Part shown: positions 9,541-21,151 of the stretch, piece after piece | Layout: each line of letters opens with the position of its first letter | Position numbering within the stretch: the first letter of the stretch is position 1 | Assembly (NCBI GenBank): GCA_003246455.1 | Contig: QKAF01000099.1 | Span: 35,669-99,668 of the forward strand | Direction of reading: 5' to 3' | Source: Bacteroidota bacterium | Lineage (GTDB): Bacteria > Bacteroidota > Ignavibacteria > SZUA-365 | Length of the DNA stretch: 64,000 nucleotides | The notes under the pieces: model-generated | The model's input: the letters and a program-made list of their open reading frames with translations, nothing else | Told to the model about the DNA's origin: nothing | The model's database searches: none | Position numbers and translations under genes: made by a program

Positions 9541-11415
9541 TCAGTCTTCATCCTCGACGTCGGGGAGGTCGGCGAAGGAGAGACAGCCTTTGACGGCGGT
9601 ATCGAGGGCGAGGAGCTGCTGCAGGGCCGTGGCGAGACTACGCTGCAGGTCGGCATCGGTTTCGAAACGCAGCTTTTCCTTCAGCCGCTCGCGGCGCTGC
9701 TGCACGTGACGGTGCAGCAGCCGTTTGTAGGCGTCGAGGAGCAGCCGGCGGTTGTCGGTGGGACGCACGATCTGTTCTTTTTCCCACCGTTCGCTGATGG
9801 GCGCGCGCTCGATCAGCATGTCGGCCAGGAGTCCGTGCATGCCGACATCGTCTTCGACATACGACCACAGGGCGTCCGTGTTGATGCTGCCGTCATGTTC
9901 TTCCTGCTCGAAAAGCACATGGAGCAGTTTCTGCATGCGTGCGTCGTGGAACTGGCTGATGCGCACGCCGTGCAGCACTTCGCTCTGCAGTTCGGACGGC
10001 GCCTGGAGCAGCAACGTGCAGAAATCCTTTTCTTCTTTCGGCACCTCGCCCGGAGCGGCGGTCTCCTCTTCGGGTTGGGGAATGAGTTCGACGGGACGTG
10101 CCGCGGGACGCTCTTTCTTCTTCAGCCGCAGGGCCTTCTCGAGTTCCTGGTACAGGAGGTTTTCGTAAATGCCGTATTTCTGGGAGATGTCGCGGATGTA
10201 GAATTCGCGCCGGATCGCATCGTCCATTTTCGCGATCAGCTCGACGATGCGGTGGACGGCCTGCGCCTTGCCTTCGGGGGAATCGAGCCCGCCTTCGGCC
10301 TGGAAACGCGCGGTGACGAAGTCGACAAAGGAGACCGCCTCGCCGAGGCGTTCACGGACCCCGTCGGCCCCATATTTTCGGACATAGGAGTCCGGATCTT
10401 CGCCGGCCGACAGCTGCACGATGCGCGCATCGCAGTCGGATTCGAGAATGATGTCGATGCCGCGCAGCATGGCACTCATTCCCGCGGAATCGGCGTCGTA
10501 GAGGAAAAAGAAATTGCGCGTGTACCGCGAAAGCAGGTAGACCTGTTCGGGGGTCAGCGCGGTGCCGCTGGTGGCGACGACATTCGTGATCCCCTCCTGG
10601 TAGAGGGAGATCAGGTCGGCGTATCCCTCGACGAGGATGACCGCGTCCGCATCGCGGATCGCGCGGTGCGACTGCGCGAGGCCGTACAGCACCTTGCTCT
10701 TGACGTAGACGGGGGTTTCGGGGGAATTCAGGTATTTCGGCTGTTCATCCCCTTTCAGCGTGCGGGCACCGAAGCCGAGCACCTTTTTCGAGACGCTGAA
10801 GATCGGGAAGATCACGCGTCCGCGAAAACGATCGTAGGAGTTGCCGCCTTCCTTTCGCACGATGAGCCCCGTCCGCTCGAGCATTTCGTCGCTGATGCCC
10901 GCCGCGCGCGCATGATTGAGGAAGTCGTGCCATGCGTCAGGTGCGAAGCCGAGACCGAAGGTCCGACGGGTATTCTCTTTCCACCCCCGCTTGTCGAAAT
11001 ACGCGCGCCCCACCGCGCCGGCGTCTCCCTGCAGCGTGTCGTAGAAAAAGCGCGCGGCGAGACGGTTGGCTTCGTACATCTCCTCGATTTCCTCGCGGGT
11101 TTCGGGACGCATCGGCGTGCCCTCGCGCGTGAGGACGATGTTGTAGCGCTCGGCCAGCATCTCCACGGCGTCCACGAAGGAGATCTTCTCCATCTCCATG
11201 AGGAACGTCACGGCGTTCCCGCCTTTTCCGCAGCCGAAGCACTTGAAAATGCCGCGTTCCGGATTGACGTTGAACGAGGGCGTTTTCTCGCGATGGAAGG
11301 GACAGAGGCCCGTGTAATTCCTTCCGGCCTTCCTCAAACGTACGAAGCCGCTGACAACATCGACGATGTCAGCGGCTGCGCGTACTTCCTCGATTTTCTC
11401 TTCGGGAATTCTCAT
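9541..11415 (-). CDS. dnaG: DNA primase
   Basis: Zinc-ribbon CPFHREKTPSFNVNPERGIFKCFGCGKGGN and the TOPRIM block AVILVEGYADLISL...YDADSAG. Confidence 0.95.
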   Translation of the reverse strand: MRIPEEKIEEVRAAADIVDVVSGFVRLRKAGRNYTGLCPFHREKTPSFNVNPERGIFKCFGCGKGGNAVTFLMEMEKISFVDAVEMLAERYNIVLTREGTPMRPETREEIEEMYEANRLAARFFYDTLQGDAGAVGRAYFDKRGWKENTRRTFGLGFAPDAWHDFLNHARAAGISDEMLERTGLIVRKEGGNSYDRFRGRVIFPIFSVSKKVLGFGARTLKGDEQPKYLNSPETPVYVKSKVLYGLAQSHRAIRDADAVILVEGYADLISLYQEGITNVVATSGTALTPEQVYLLSRYTRNFFFLYDADSAGMSAMLRGIDIILESDCDARIVQLSAGEDPDSYVRKYGADGVRERLGEAVSFVDFVTARFQAEGGLDSPEGKAQAVHRIVELIAKMDDAIRREFYIRDISQKYGIYENLLYQELEKALRLKKKERPAARPVELIPQPEEETAAPGEVPKEEKDFCTLLLQAPSELQSEVLHGVRISQFHDARMQKLLHVLFEQEEHDGSINTDALWSYVEDDVGMHGLLADMLIERAPISERWEKEQIVRPTDNRRLLLDAYKRLLHRHVQQRRERLKEKLRFETDADLQRSLATALQQLLALDTAVKGCLSFADLPDVEDED

Positions 11416-12383
11416 TTCAGCAAGATCATCTTCCGCGACAGCGTGCGGCCTCCGGTGGTGAGTCGAACCAGGTACATGCCGCCCGGCATTCCGGCGGCGT
11501 CGAACTGGGCCTGCTGCCTTCCGGCATCCATCATGCCGTCGGCCAGCACCCGCACTTCCCTGCCCAGCGCGTCACAGACAGCCAGACGCACATGCCGGCG
11601 CTCGTCGAGCGTGTAGGCGAGGGTAGTCGTGGGATTGAAGGGATTCGGGTAATTCTGCTCGAGTGCGATTTCCGTCGGAACGGGTGCGTCTTCGACGGAG
11701 GTCGGCGTGATCACCGGCAGGTTCGGATTGTAGTTCACGATCGCCCGGATGAACAGCGCCGCGGACGCACCCTGCGTCGCGAGGTCGTTGCGGTTTTCGC
11801 CTTCCCGCGGTGCGATCATGTAGCGGCGGGAACGCTCGTATTCGGGCTGTTCCGGATTGACGACCATGCTCATGCCGCTCCACAGACCCTGCCCCACGGC
11901 GAGCTTCTGCGTCGAAACCAGCTTCACCCCGACGATGAAATCCCGGCGGGGGGAGAAGATGATCGGCGGATTGAGCTTGACGGCGAGAACGTCGCGCGAC
12001 GCGGCTTCAAGCGGATTGCTGAAGCGGATGTTCGGACTGGGGAAGCCGGCATCGCCCAGATTGACTTTGTACGTGCTCCCTATCCCGACGAGGGTCGGCG
12101 GAACACTTCCGTTTTCGAACACAAAGACGAGCAGCGTATCGTTGCCGGTCAGCGCCTGGAACTTCACCACGCTGAAACCCACGAGGACGGTACTGAGCGT
12201 ACACTTTTCGGCGGGTGTAAACCGGGTATTGAAAATGACATCCAGTTCACCCGGGAAGCGCGTCACGGCGACCAGTTTCCCGTCGATGATGTCCGAAAGG
12301 CCGTCATACTGGAGCGTGTCGGTCTGCGCCGACGCCATGCTCCACAGACAGCAGAAAAGGACAAGCGTTGCAAAGTACTTCAT
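11412..12383 (-). CDS. Secreted protein of unknown function with T9SS C-terminal sorting domain
   Basis: The ATG at 12381-12383 gives the signal peptide MKYFATLVLFCCLWSMASAQ. The C-terminus EQNYPNPFNPTTTLAYTL...GMYLVRL...KMILLK is a Por tail. The stop overlaps the dnaG ATG (ATGA). Confidence 0.75.
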   Translation of the reverse strand: MKYFATLVLFCCLWSMASAQTDTLQYDGLSDIIDGKLVAVTRFPGELDVIFNTRFTPAEKCTLSTVLVGFSVVKFQALTGNDTLLVFVFENGSVPPTLVGIGSTYKVNLGDAGFPSPNIRFSNPLEAASRDVLAVKLNPPIIFSPRRDFIVGVKLVSTQKLAVGQGLWSGMSMVVNPEQPEYERSRRYMIAPREGENRNDLATQGASAALFIRAIVNYNPNLPVITPTSVEDAPVPTEIALEQNYPNPFNPTTTLAYTLDERRHVRLAVCDALGREVRVLADGMMDAGRQQAQFDAAGMPGGMYLVRLTTGGRTLSRKMILLK

Positions 12384-12443
12384 GGAGGCTCCTGCAAATG
12401 CTGTTGCTGCAAACGCAAAGATACGCAAAATCCGGTCTTCTTG

Positions 12444-14120
<1,677 letters not shown>

Positions 14121-15053
14121 TTAGGCAAAAACAACAAAATCAAGGTAGAGAAATACGATCGGCGAAACAAAAATGAAGCTGTCGAAGCGGTCGAACACCC
14201 CGCCGTGCCCGGGCAGGAGGGCTGACGAATCCTTCACGCCCGCGTCGCGCTTGAGGAGGGATTCGACCAGGTCGCCGATCTGACCGAATGCTCCGACGAT
14301 ACCGCCGATGATCAGCGCCTCGGGAAGCGACAGGTACTCGATCACGAGGAATTTGGCGGCGGCCATGGTACCAAGGGCCGCGAATACGCCCCAGATCGCA
14401 CCTTCCCACGTCTTGTTGGGACTCACACGCGGGAAGAGCTTGTGGCGTCCCATCGCGCGTCCGCCGAAATACGCGGCGGTATCGCACATCCAGATCGTGG
14501 CCAGGAGCGCAATGATCGTGAAGCCGCCCCAGGCGTCCAGCTGCGCATGCTGCGCGGCAGACAGGTCCGCGGTACCGAACACAGGGCCGACATGGAATTC
14601 GATCACCGTGAAAATCTCGCGGATGCCCACGGCGGTTCCGAGAAAGAGCCCGATATACAGCACGCCGAGCACCGTCGTCGCAAGATTCAGCAGCGGCGAA
14701 GGCCGGGCGCGGAAGAGTTCGACCAGCAGCGCGGCCGGCATCAGCAGCAGCAGAATCCAGATGAATGCCTGCCACTGCAGGGGCCAGGGGATGCCCCCGC
14801 CCACCAGCGCCGGGATGTCGGCGCTGAGGCGCTCGTGCAGGAACACGAGCAGCAGCGCCAGCCCCGCCGCGATCATGAGTCCGGTCTGGGGTTCCGCACC
14901 CTTCGCGCGTGCGAGGGCGGCAAACTCGACGAGCGCGGCCGACATCACGACGGCGACGAAAAGCGCCCACGCGTAGCCGCCCAGCCAGGCGAGCAGCAGC
15001 ACGCCGGGAATCGCCACGACGGCGAAAAGCACGCGCGTGCGGGTGTTACTCAC
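14121..15053 (-). CDS. cdsA: Phosphatidate cytidylyltransferase
   Basis: Polytopic membrane protein with the CDS signature SLLKRDAGVKDSSALLPGHGGVFDRFDS. GTG start at 15051-15053 overlaps the upstream stop (GTGA). Confidence 0.9.
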   Translation of the reverse strand: MSNTRTRVLFAVVAIPGVLLLAWLGGYAWALFVAVVMSAALVEFAALARAKGAEPQTGLMIAAGLALLLVFLHERLSADIPALVGGGIPWPLQWQAFIWILLLLMPAALLVELFRARPSPLLNLATTVLGVLYIGLFLGTAVGIREIFTVIEFHVGPVFGTADLSAAQHAQLDAWGGFTIIALLATIWMCDTAAYFGGRAMGRHKLFPRVSPNKTWEGAIWGVFAALGTMAAAKFLVIEYLSLPEALIIGGIVGAFGQIGDLVESLLKRDAGVKDSSALLPGHGGVFDRFDSFIFVSPIVFLYLDFVVFA

Positions 15054-15628
15054 GCATTGTCCTCATCACTGTCGTCTTCATCCTGCAGCCCTTCGTCTTC
15101 GAGCAGGGCCATGATGATTTCCTGGGCTTCCTCGAGCTGCGCGCGCGGCACCATCACGTTCACCAGGGCGAGCATGCCCATGTTCGTGAAATACACGTGA
15201 TCATGCTGATTGAAGATGGTGGCGTGGATGCCCGCGCCTTCGAGGTTCGCCTTGATCATCTCCGCCTCGTAATCGGTGGAGGTGGTATACGCGACGACGA
15301 ATCCCTGGTGCATGTTGAGGTGGTCGTCGTTCTCGCAGAAGATGCGGCCGTTCTGTTCGGTGGCGCACTCCTCGCACACCGGCTTTCCGCACACCACGCA
15401 GCCGCCGATCGCTTCGACGTCGGGATGATTTTCGCATTCCGGCGCTTCTTCGGCCGGAATCTGCGGGAGCAGAATTCCGCAGTTGTCGCAGAAGGTGTCG
15501 TCCTTCGTCACGAATTCTTCACAGTTCGGGCAGAACAGGGGCTTGCCTTCGACAAGCGGAATCAGGCAATCGATGCATTCCTTCGCATCGGGCTGATATT
15601 CGGTATGGCACTGAGGACAATACGGCAT
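15050..15628 (-). CDS. Multi-zinc-ribbon protein with C-terminal DUF2007-like domain and acidic tail
   Basis: Four to five CxxC pairs (CPQC, CIDC, CPNC, CDNC, CVVCGKPVCEEC), then a small alpha/beta domain (AEMIKANLEGAGIHA...MVPRAQLEEAQEII) like the putative signal-transducing DUF2007. Confidence 0.5.
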   Translation of the reverse strand: MPYCPQCHTEYQPDAKECIDCLIPLVEGKPLFCPNCEEFVTKDDTFCDNCGILLPQIPAEEAPECENHPDVEAIGGCVVCGKPVCEECATEQNGRIFCENDDHLNMHQGFVVAYTTSTDYEAEMIKANLEGAGIHATIFNQHDHVYFTNMGMLALVNVMVPRAQLEEAQEIIMALLEDEGLQDEDDSDEDNA

Positions 15629-15653
15629 AACGCCTCCTCGGGTTTAGGGGTAA

Positions 15654-16613
15654 CTAGGATATGGCTTCAGCCGCTTCGACGGATTCCGGACGGGTCAGCA
15701 TCCAGAAATACGCGAAACAGGCGGCGAACACGAGCAGAGCGAGCGAACCGGTCACCGCGTAGGTCGCGAGCGACGGATCGCCTCCGGCGCCGTCGGCCGG
15801 CAGCAGGTTCTCACTCTTGAATACATACAGGGCCACCACCGCAATGGTGTTGTTGGTCGCATGGGCCGCGACCGCATAGCCAAGAGAATTCCCGCGCCAG
15901 CTGATCACACTGAAATAGACTCCGAGCAGCGCAAGCGGGATGAATGTCACCGGGTTCAGGTGAAAGAAAGAAAAAATTGCGCCCGAGAGCAAGAAAGACC
16001 AGCGCAAACGCATCTTTTTTTCGAAAGAATACTGCACCGCGCCGCGGAAAAGGACCTCCTCGCACAGCGCGGGAGTCAGCGCCACGACGATCCACACGGT
16101 GATCGCTTCGATCGGTGTGTGCATGGCAAGCAGCTGGCCATAGAGCTCTTCGAGCAGTTTTTCGAAGGTGTCGAGCACCGGCAGCAGGAACTCCGGCAGC
16201 AGGTATTCCCGCATGACGTACTGCTGCAATTCCACCCAGGCCTGCACCACGAACTGAAGGGCGACGACCGATACGACGACCACCAGCAGCGGCAGCAGCT
16301 TCGGGAGATTGAGGCGAAGCGCCTCGCGGAGCTTCCAGCCCTGGAAACGGAGCAGGAGCACCGCGGGAAGCATCAGGAAAAGCAGCTGGGAAACGACGGT
16401 CACGACACGCACGCCGGCGATATTCTGCGACGTCTCGAGTCCGAACAGCAGGTACGTGATGATCCCGCCCAGCATCTGATACGCGACGAAAGTCACGAGG
16501 ACGAGAAGGAACGCGAATCCCACGGGGTGCAGAAGCGGCCCCGGCGGCAGCTCCCGACTGTCGGCGTCATGCGGATCATTACCCTGCATCACCGCTCCCC
16601 CTGCGCTGTTCAT
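15654..16613 (-). CDS. CPBP-family intramembrane glutamic endopeptidase (CAAX-protease-like)
   Basis: Polytopic protein with the three CPBP motifs EEVLFRG, FSFFH and HATNN. Confidence 0.8.
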   Translation of the reverse strand: MNSAGGAVMQGNDPHDADSRELPPGPLLHPVGFAFLLVLVTFVAYQMLGGIITYLLFGLETSQNIAGVRVVTVVSQLLFLMLPAVLLLRFQGWKLREALRLNLPKLLPLLVVVVSVVALQFVVQAWVELQQYVMREYLLPEFLLPVLDTFEKLLEELYGQLLAMHTPIEAITVWIVVALTPALCEEVLFRGAVQYSFEKKMRLRWSFLLSGAIFSFFHLNPVTFIPLALLGVYFSVISWRGNSLGYAVAAHATNNTIAVVALYVFKSENLLPADGAGGDPSLATYAVTGSLALLVFAACFAYFWMLTRPESVEAAEAIS

Positions 16614-17550
16614 GAACCATTGCCGCGAGGAGCGGCAGCATGAGTTCGTGATGGCCGGTGAAGACGAAACCGCGACCCGCTCCGAGGGTGGGACGCATGA
16701 CCACGTTCACGTTCGGCCGATAATGCTGTATCATATCGAAATTCGCTGCGGAAAATCCCCGGGCGTCATGCCCGAGATTGCGCACGACGGTGAGCGCCTT
16801 GAGAAACACCTCGGGCAGAATGACCGCCGAGCCGATGTTCATCACCACGCTGCTCTCACGCAGCTGCGAAACCGAATGTGCGAGGACGCGGAAATCGCGG
16901 AAACTCATTTCGCCCGTCACCGCCCCGTCCATCGACGGCTGCTGATGGACGATATCCGTGCCGATGGCGGCATGCACCGAAACCGGCACGCCGAGCCGCA
17001 CCCCGGCGGCCATGATGCTGTACGACAGATGCGGCGCCGTGGCATCGGTCAGTCCCCTGCCCAGGGCCTCGGCAAAGCCGCACTGCGGGTCCTTCACGGC
17101 GCCTGCCAGCGTCCCGTTGATGAATTCTCCGGTCTCGCCCCACATGCCGAAGCTGCCGTCCTGCAGGTTCGCGGCCACGTCTTCCGAGGTCACCCCGAAC
17201 AGCGCGGATTCAGAGTCGTGAATGGCCCCGGCGCTGTTCATCGCGACATGCGTGACGATGCCCCGCTCCATCAGGTCGATGACCACCGGCGCCAGTCCGA
17301 CCTTGATCACATGCGCGCCCATCATCAGGATGACGGGCTGCTTCGCCCGCGCCGCTTCAGCAACCGCGAAGGCAAATTCCTTGAGTTCCTTCGCCTTGAG
17401 AATGGCGGGAAGCGAATCGATGAAATCGGCGAAACTGCCGCCGGCCGTGACGGGACGCGCGCAGTCCTGCAGATTGACCTTGCTCGTGCGTTCGCGCACG
17501 CTTTGCGTGGTGATCTTGCTGAAATCGAGTTGTGGGAACATAACGGACAT
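16579..17550 (-). CDS. Deoxyhypusine-synthase-like (DHS-like Rossmann fold) protein, function unknown
   Basis: It is colinear with my recollection of the eukaryotic DHS blocks: PVILMMGAHVIKVGL..VIDLMERGIVTHVAMNSAGAIHD, GVPVSVHAAIGTDIVH, MNIGSAVILPE. The start is ATG 17548-17550 or 17539-17541. Confidence 0.45.
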   Translation of the reverse strand: MSVMFPQLDFSKITTQSVRERTSKVNLQDCARPVTAGGSFADFIDSLPAILKAKELKEFAFAVAEAARAKQPVILMMGAHVIKVGLAPVVIDLMERGIVTHVAMNSAGAIHDSESALFGVTSEDVAANLQDGSFGMWGETGEFINGTLAGAVKDPQCGFAEALGRGLTDATAPHLSYSIMAAGVRLGVPVSVHAAIGTDIVHQQPSMDGAVTGEMSFRDFRVLAHSVSQLRESSVVMNIGSAVILPEVFLKALTVVRNLGHDARGFSAANFDMIQHYRPNVNVVMRPTLGAGRGFVFTGHHELMLPLLAAMVHEQRRGSGDAG

Positions 17551-17721
17551 TCGGATGTGCACTGCAGGCGAGTTCCGCCTGCTCCCCGTAAAGTACAAAA
17601 AATCGGAAGATTCCGGACAGCGGCGCGGCGTCCCTTTACAGGAAATTGTTCTTCGTTCCATCGATGATGCGCTTCAGAGGCGCGGGCCGCCGGATACCCG
17701 GCCGTTCAGGACTTCGTCCGC

Positions 17722-17787
17722 GAGAAAAACGAGCGCATCCGCTCGAACACGGCACTTCCGGGGAAGCGTCCGGCATCGGGCGGATGC
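17722..17787 (-). terminator. Possible structured terminator after the DUF3108 gene
   Basis: GCATCCGC (17735-17742) pairs with GCGGATGC (17780-17787) and encloses an inner hairpin CTTCC-GG-GGAAG (17755-17766). On the - strand it is followed by GCTCGTTTTTCTC. Confidence 0.35.
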
Positions 17788-17823
17788 GATGAACATTCGG
17801 CCTGGCGGCCCGGGCGGGCCTGT

Positions 17824-18639
17824 CTATTTCAGCTTGGCTTTGATGGGACCGTTGATGCCCTTGTATTCGACCAGTTCGGACGTGATGGATCCGATCGGAA
17901 TTTCCGCATCGACCTGCACGGGGATGCGACGGTCGTCATCGGTGAGCCACACCAGGATGCGGCCCGACGCCTTGAAGAGTCCGCCTTCCTCCATGATCGG
18001 TTCGAGCACGATGGTGCGGAACTTCCCGGCCTCGACTTCGATGGTTTCCTTCCGGTGATACACCACGGTCAGCGTGTACGTGGTATCCTTGTAGAAATTC
18101 TTCAGGTCCACGCGCTGTCCCGGCCGCATCTTGCTGAAGTCGAAGCTGCGCATGTAATAGAAGGCGGAAAGGATGTCCTGCGTGAATTCCGGGAGCGGGT
18201 ACTCGCCCTCCGTAGTGTAGGCTTTCTGCGCCTCGTGATCGAAGCGTGCGCTGAAATCTCGCTTGTATCCGCCTTCGCGAATGTGCTGCGAGAACTTCCA
18301 GGGGAACAGTCCCTCGGCGTCGATATGCGTCTCGTAGCGGTCGCGGACGTAGTACAGATTGTCGAAGAAGGGCTTTGATTTGACGAGGAACTGCACCTCG
18401 TAGCATTTGCGCCCTTTCTGCCAGGAATAGCGCGGGATGGTCATCATCGCCTGTCCCGCGGTGATGAAACCGTAGTTGACGTCGAATATCAGTTCTTCTC
18501 CCACGCCGAACGCCTTCTGTTCAATCGCCCGGAACCGTGCTGCTTCCGTCGCGGAGCTCCCGGTTTTCTGTGCGAGCAGCGCGGGGAAAAACAGTGTCGT
18601 CTGCAGGAGAACGAGGGATGAGATGATGAGAGTTTTCAT
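17824..18639 (-). CDS. DUF3108-like secreted protein
   Basis: Signal peptide MKTLIISSLVLLQTTLFFPALLAQ from the ATG at 18637-18639. The block GEELIFDVNYGFITAGQAMMTI and the beta-rich remainder resemble DUF3108. Confidence 0.5.
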   Translation of the reverse strand: MKTLIISSLVLLQTTLFFPALLAQKTGSSATEAARFRAIEQKAFGVGEELIFDVNYGFITAGQAMMTIPRYSWQKGRKCYEVQFLVKSKPFFDNLYYVRDRYETHIDAEGLFPWKFSQHIREGGYKRDFSARFDHEAQKAYTTEGEYPLPEFTQDILSAFYYMRSFDFSKMRPGQRVDLKNFYKDTTYTLTVVYHRKETIEVEAGKFRTIVLEPIMEEGGLFKASGRILVWLTDDDRRIPVQVDAEIPIGSITSELVEYKGINGPIKAKLK

Positions 18640-18733
18640 GAGCAGAGTCCTTGTAATGCTGCTCATGGTACGCACAGTTTTCATGCATGGTTCCCGTTTC
18701 GTGACCTATCATGCATTCTGTGCAAAATTCCCG

Positions 18734-19771
18734 TCAGAGGCAAGGGGAAAGCCGGTCCGCCAGCAGGATTCGCACTTCCGCCGCCGCTGCTGCAGCGGGA
18801 ATCCGCCGCATGTCGTCATGGAGGGCACAGTCCCCGCTCCGGCAGTCGCCGCATTCAGGATCCGCGGGCGGAGTGAGCACCGCGGCGCATGCGGTGCGGG
18901 GACCCCAGCGTCGCGCATTCACCGCGATGCCGAAGGGATAGAAACCGAGGACCGGCACGCCGCAGGCGGCGGCGATGTGCAACGGGCCCGTGGAATTCGA
19001 CACGAACACCCGGGCTTCGGCGAGAACGGCGGCGAGAACATCCAGCGGCAGCTGCTCGCGCAGGACGCGGATGCGCGCATCGCGTTCCGCCACCGACTGC
19101 ATCAGCGAGTGTTCCGCCCGGCTTCCGGTGACGAGGATCTGCAGCGCGTCATCTTCGGCGAGGAGAGACGCGGCCAGTTCCGTGAAGCGTTCCGCCGGCC
19201 AGTCCTTCGCCGATCCGCCGCTGCCGGGATGGAGGACGATGAACGCGGAAGACGGATCGATCCCGGCCTGCCCGAGTGCGGTGCGTGCGGCCGTACGCCG
19301 CGGACTGTCGATTTCGAGTACCGGACGCAGATCCGGAGGAACCGTAACGCCCGCCTCTTCCAGCAGTCCGAGATTGTATTCCATTTCATGCCTGTCCCCG
19401 CTCCGGCGATGTTCGGCGCGGCGATGGGTAAGCAGCGGAGAATACCAGCGGTACCCGGTGCCGATGCGCATGGGAATGCGCGCGCGAGCCGCGGCAAGGA
19501 TGAGCCGGGGACGCGGATATGCGAAAACCGCACAATCGATTTTTCTCTCACTCAACACCGAAGCGAAACGGCGGACGCCGCCGTCAAGGTCGCGTCCGCC
19601 GATTGCAATGATGTCGTCGATATGGGGGGAAAGGGAAAGCAGCGGCCGGGTATACTCCTGCACGCAGAAAGTGACGCGCGCCGAGGGATCGTGCCGCTTG
19701 ATCGCTTCCGCCATCGGCAGCGTCAGAACGACGTCGCCGATGCGGTCAGTGCGGAAGATGCAGTAATGCAT
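18734..19771 (-). CDS. Glycosyltransferase family 9 (LPS heptosyltransferase-like)
   Basis: RTDRIGDVVLTLP N-terminal block and VFVSNSTGPLHIAAACGVPVLGFY C-terminal block typical of RfaF/RfaC-like GT9 enzymes. ATG at 19769-19771. Confidence 0.75.
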   Translation of the reverse strand: MHYCIFRTDRIGDVVLTLPMAEAIKRHDPSARVTFCVQEYTRPLLSLSPHIDDIIAIGGRDLDGGVRRFASVLSERKIDCAVFAYPRPRLILAAARARIPMRIGTGYRWYSPLLTHRRAEHRRSGDRHEMEYNLGLLEEAGVTVPPDLRPVLEIDSPRRTAARTALGQAGIDPSSAFIVLHPGSGGSAKDWPAERFTELAASLLAEDDALQILVTGSRAEHSLMQSVAERDARIRVLREQLPLDVLAAVLAEARVFVSNSTGPLHIAAACGVPVLGFYPFGIAVNARRWGPRTACAAVLTPPADPECGDCRSGDCALHDDMRRIPAAAAAAEVRILLADRLSPCL

Positions 19772-19789
19772 CACGGCCGCACGCGCGGA

Positions 19790-20377
19790 TCAGAGCTGCT
19801 GGAGGAACTGCTTCGCGCGTTCCGCGTTGGGCGAATCGGGATACTCCCTGATCAGTTTCTCCCAGTACTTCCGCGCGGTCGCCTTGTCCTCGCGCGATGC
19901 GGCGAGCGCGCCGAGATTGTACATCGCCGTGGTGTTTTTCGGATCGATCTGCAGCACCTTCAGGGTAATTTCCTCTGCTTTCTCCGGCTTTTTGCTTTCA
20001 TAGTAGGCCAGGGAGAGATCGAGCATGACGTCCGTGTTTTTCGGCGCCGCTTTCAGGTACCGTTCGAGCAGGGGGACCGCCCTGGCGGACTGATGTGCAT
20101 CGTTGCACATCCGGGCGTACACGAGCACATCCGAGGTGTCGCTTTCCGGCTGCTCGGCAATTTTCTTTCCGAGACGCTCGAACTCGTCCATGAAGGAACT
20201 GATGACGTTGGATTTGTTCGGCGCGTTGTCGCCCTCGACGCTCGGATGTCCGGGCGGCATCTGCCCCTGCGCGGCAGGCTGCTGCGTGGTCTGTTCGCCT
20301 TCCGGAAGCAGGATGACGATGACAAGGACGGCGACGAGAACGGCGCCGATGATCAGGTAAAGGCGGGATGCATTCAT
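19790..20377 (-). CDS. Membrane-anchored TPR-repeat protein
   Basis: N-terminal TM helix (LYLIIGAVLVAVLVIVILL) followed by about three TPR-like repeats (A...Y.....P.N...M..L..AY...). Confidence 0.6.
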   Translation of the reverse strand: MNASRLYLIIGAVLVAVLVIVILLPEGEQTTQQPAAQGQMPPGHPSVEGDNAPNKSNVISSFMDEFERLGKKIAEQPESDTSDVLVYARMCNDAHQSARAVPLLERYLKAAPKNTDVMLDLSLAYYESKKPEKAEEITLKVLQIDPKNTTAMYNLGALAASREDKATARKYWEKLIREYPDSPNAERAKQFLQQL

Positions 20378-20524
20378 GGTTCTTCCTTTATGTCTTTCTT
20401 TTCATGCGCGTATGGTGCACAATGCAACCCGTATGATACGAAAAAAGCCTGTAAAGAGGGAACAACCGGCTTTCGTGTCTGCCCCGCACTTGCGATATTA
20501 GGGAATGCGTCTTTGCCACACTCA

Positions 20525-21151
20525 TTGATTTCGGATCCCGTGCAGCAACATACTCTCGTTCTCGCCTCCCGTTCTCCCCGCCGTCAGAATCTGCTCCGGC
20601 AGATCGGACTCGAATTCGACAGCATACCGAGCACGGTCGACGAGCATATCGACGAAACGGTCTCCCCGGTCGCGCACGTGACCATCCTCGCCGAGCGGAA
20701 GGCGCACGACGTGGCGCGAACGCTCGCCGCGGGAATTGTGATCGGCGCCGATACCATCGTTGTGCATGATGACGAGATCATCGAAAAACCGGAAGACGCC
20801 GACGACGCCGTGCGGATGCTCCGCAGACTGAGCGACCAGCGACACGAGGTGTTCACGGGATATTCGCTTGTCGAGGTCCCGTCCATGCGCGTCCTCACCC
20901 GGCACGTGCGAACGGAAGTATGGTTCCGGAAACTTGCGGACGACGAAATCCGGGCCTACGTGGCATCGGGTTCGCCGATGGACAAAGCGGGCGCCTACGG
21001 CATACAGGACGATTTCGGCGCGGTGTTCGTCCGCAGGATCATCGGGGATTTTTACAACGTGATGGGACTCCCGCTCTGCGATTTCTACTGTGCCTACCGG
21101 CGTTTCACCAACCAGGATCATGAGGGCTGCAATGGGATCGAACTGGCGTAG
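20525..21151 (+). CDS. maf: Maf-like nucleoside-triphosphate pyrophosphatase
   Basis: LVLASRSPRRQNLL, GADTIV and DKAGAYGIQD blocks. There is no in-frame ATG, so the start must be TTG 20525 or GTG 20540. Everything upstream in track ORF 18476..21151 is antisense noise. Confidence 0.85.
   Translation: MISDPVQQHTLVLASRSPRRQNLLRQIGLEFDSIPSTVDEHIDETVSPVAHVTILAERKAHDVARTLAAGIVIGADTIVVHDDEIIEKPEDADDAVRMLRRLSDQRHEVFTGYSLVEVPSMRVLTRHVRTEVWFRKLADDEIRAYVASGSPMDKAGAYGIQDDFGAVFVRRIIGDFYNVMGLPLCDFYCAYRRFTNQDHEGCNGIELA

Noticed and set aside
18476-20521. The first ~680 codons of the 891-aa + strand ORF that ends as Maf
   Set aside because: Only the last ~205 codons are Maf-like. The upstream part runs antisense through the DUF3108, GT9 and TPR genes and looks like noise, so Maf must start at TTG 20525 or GTG 20540.
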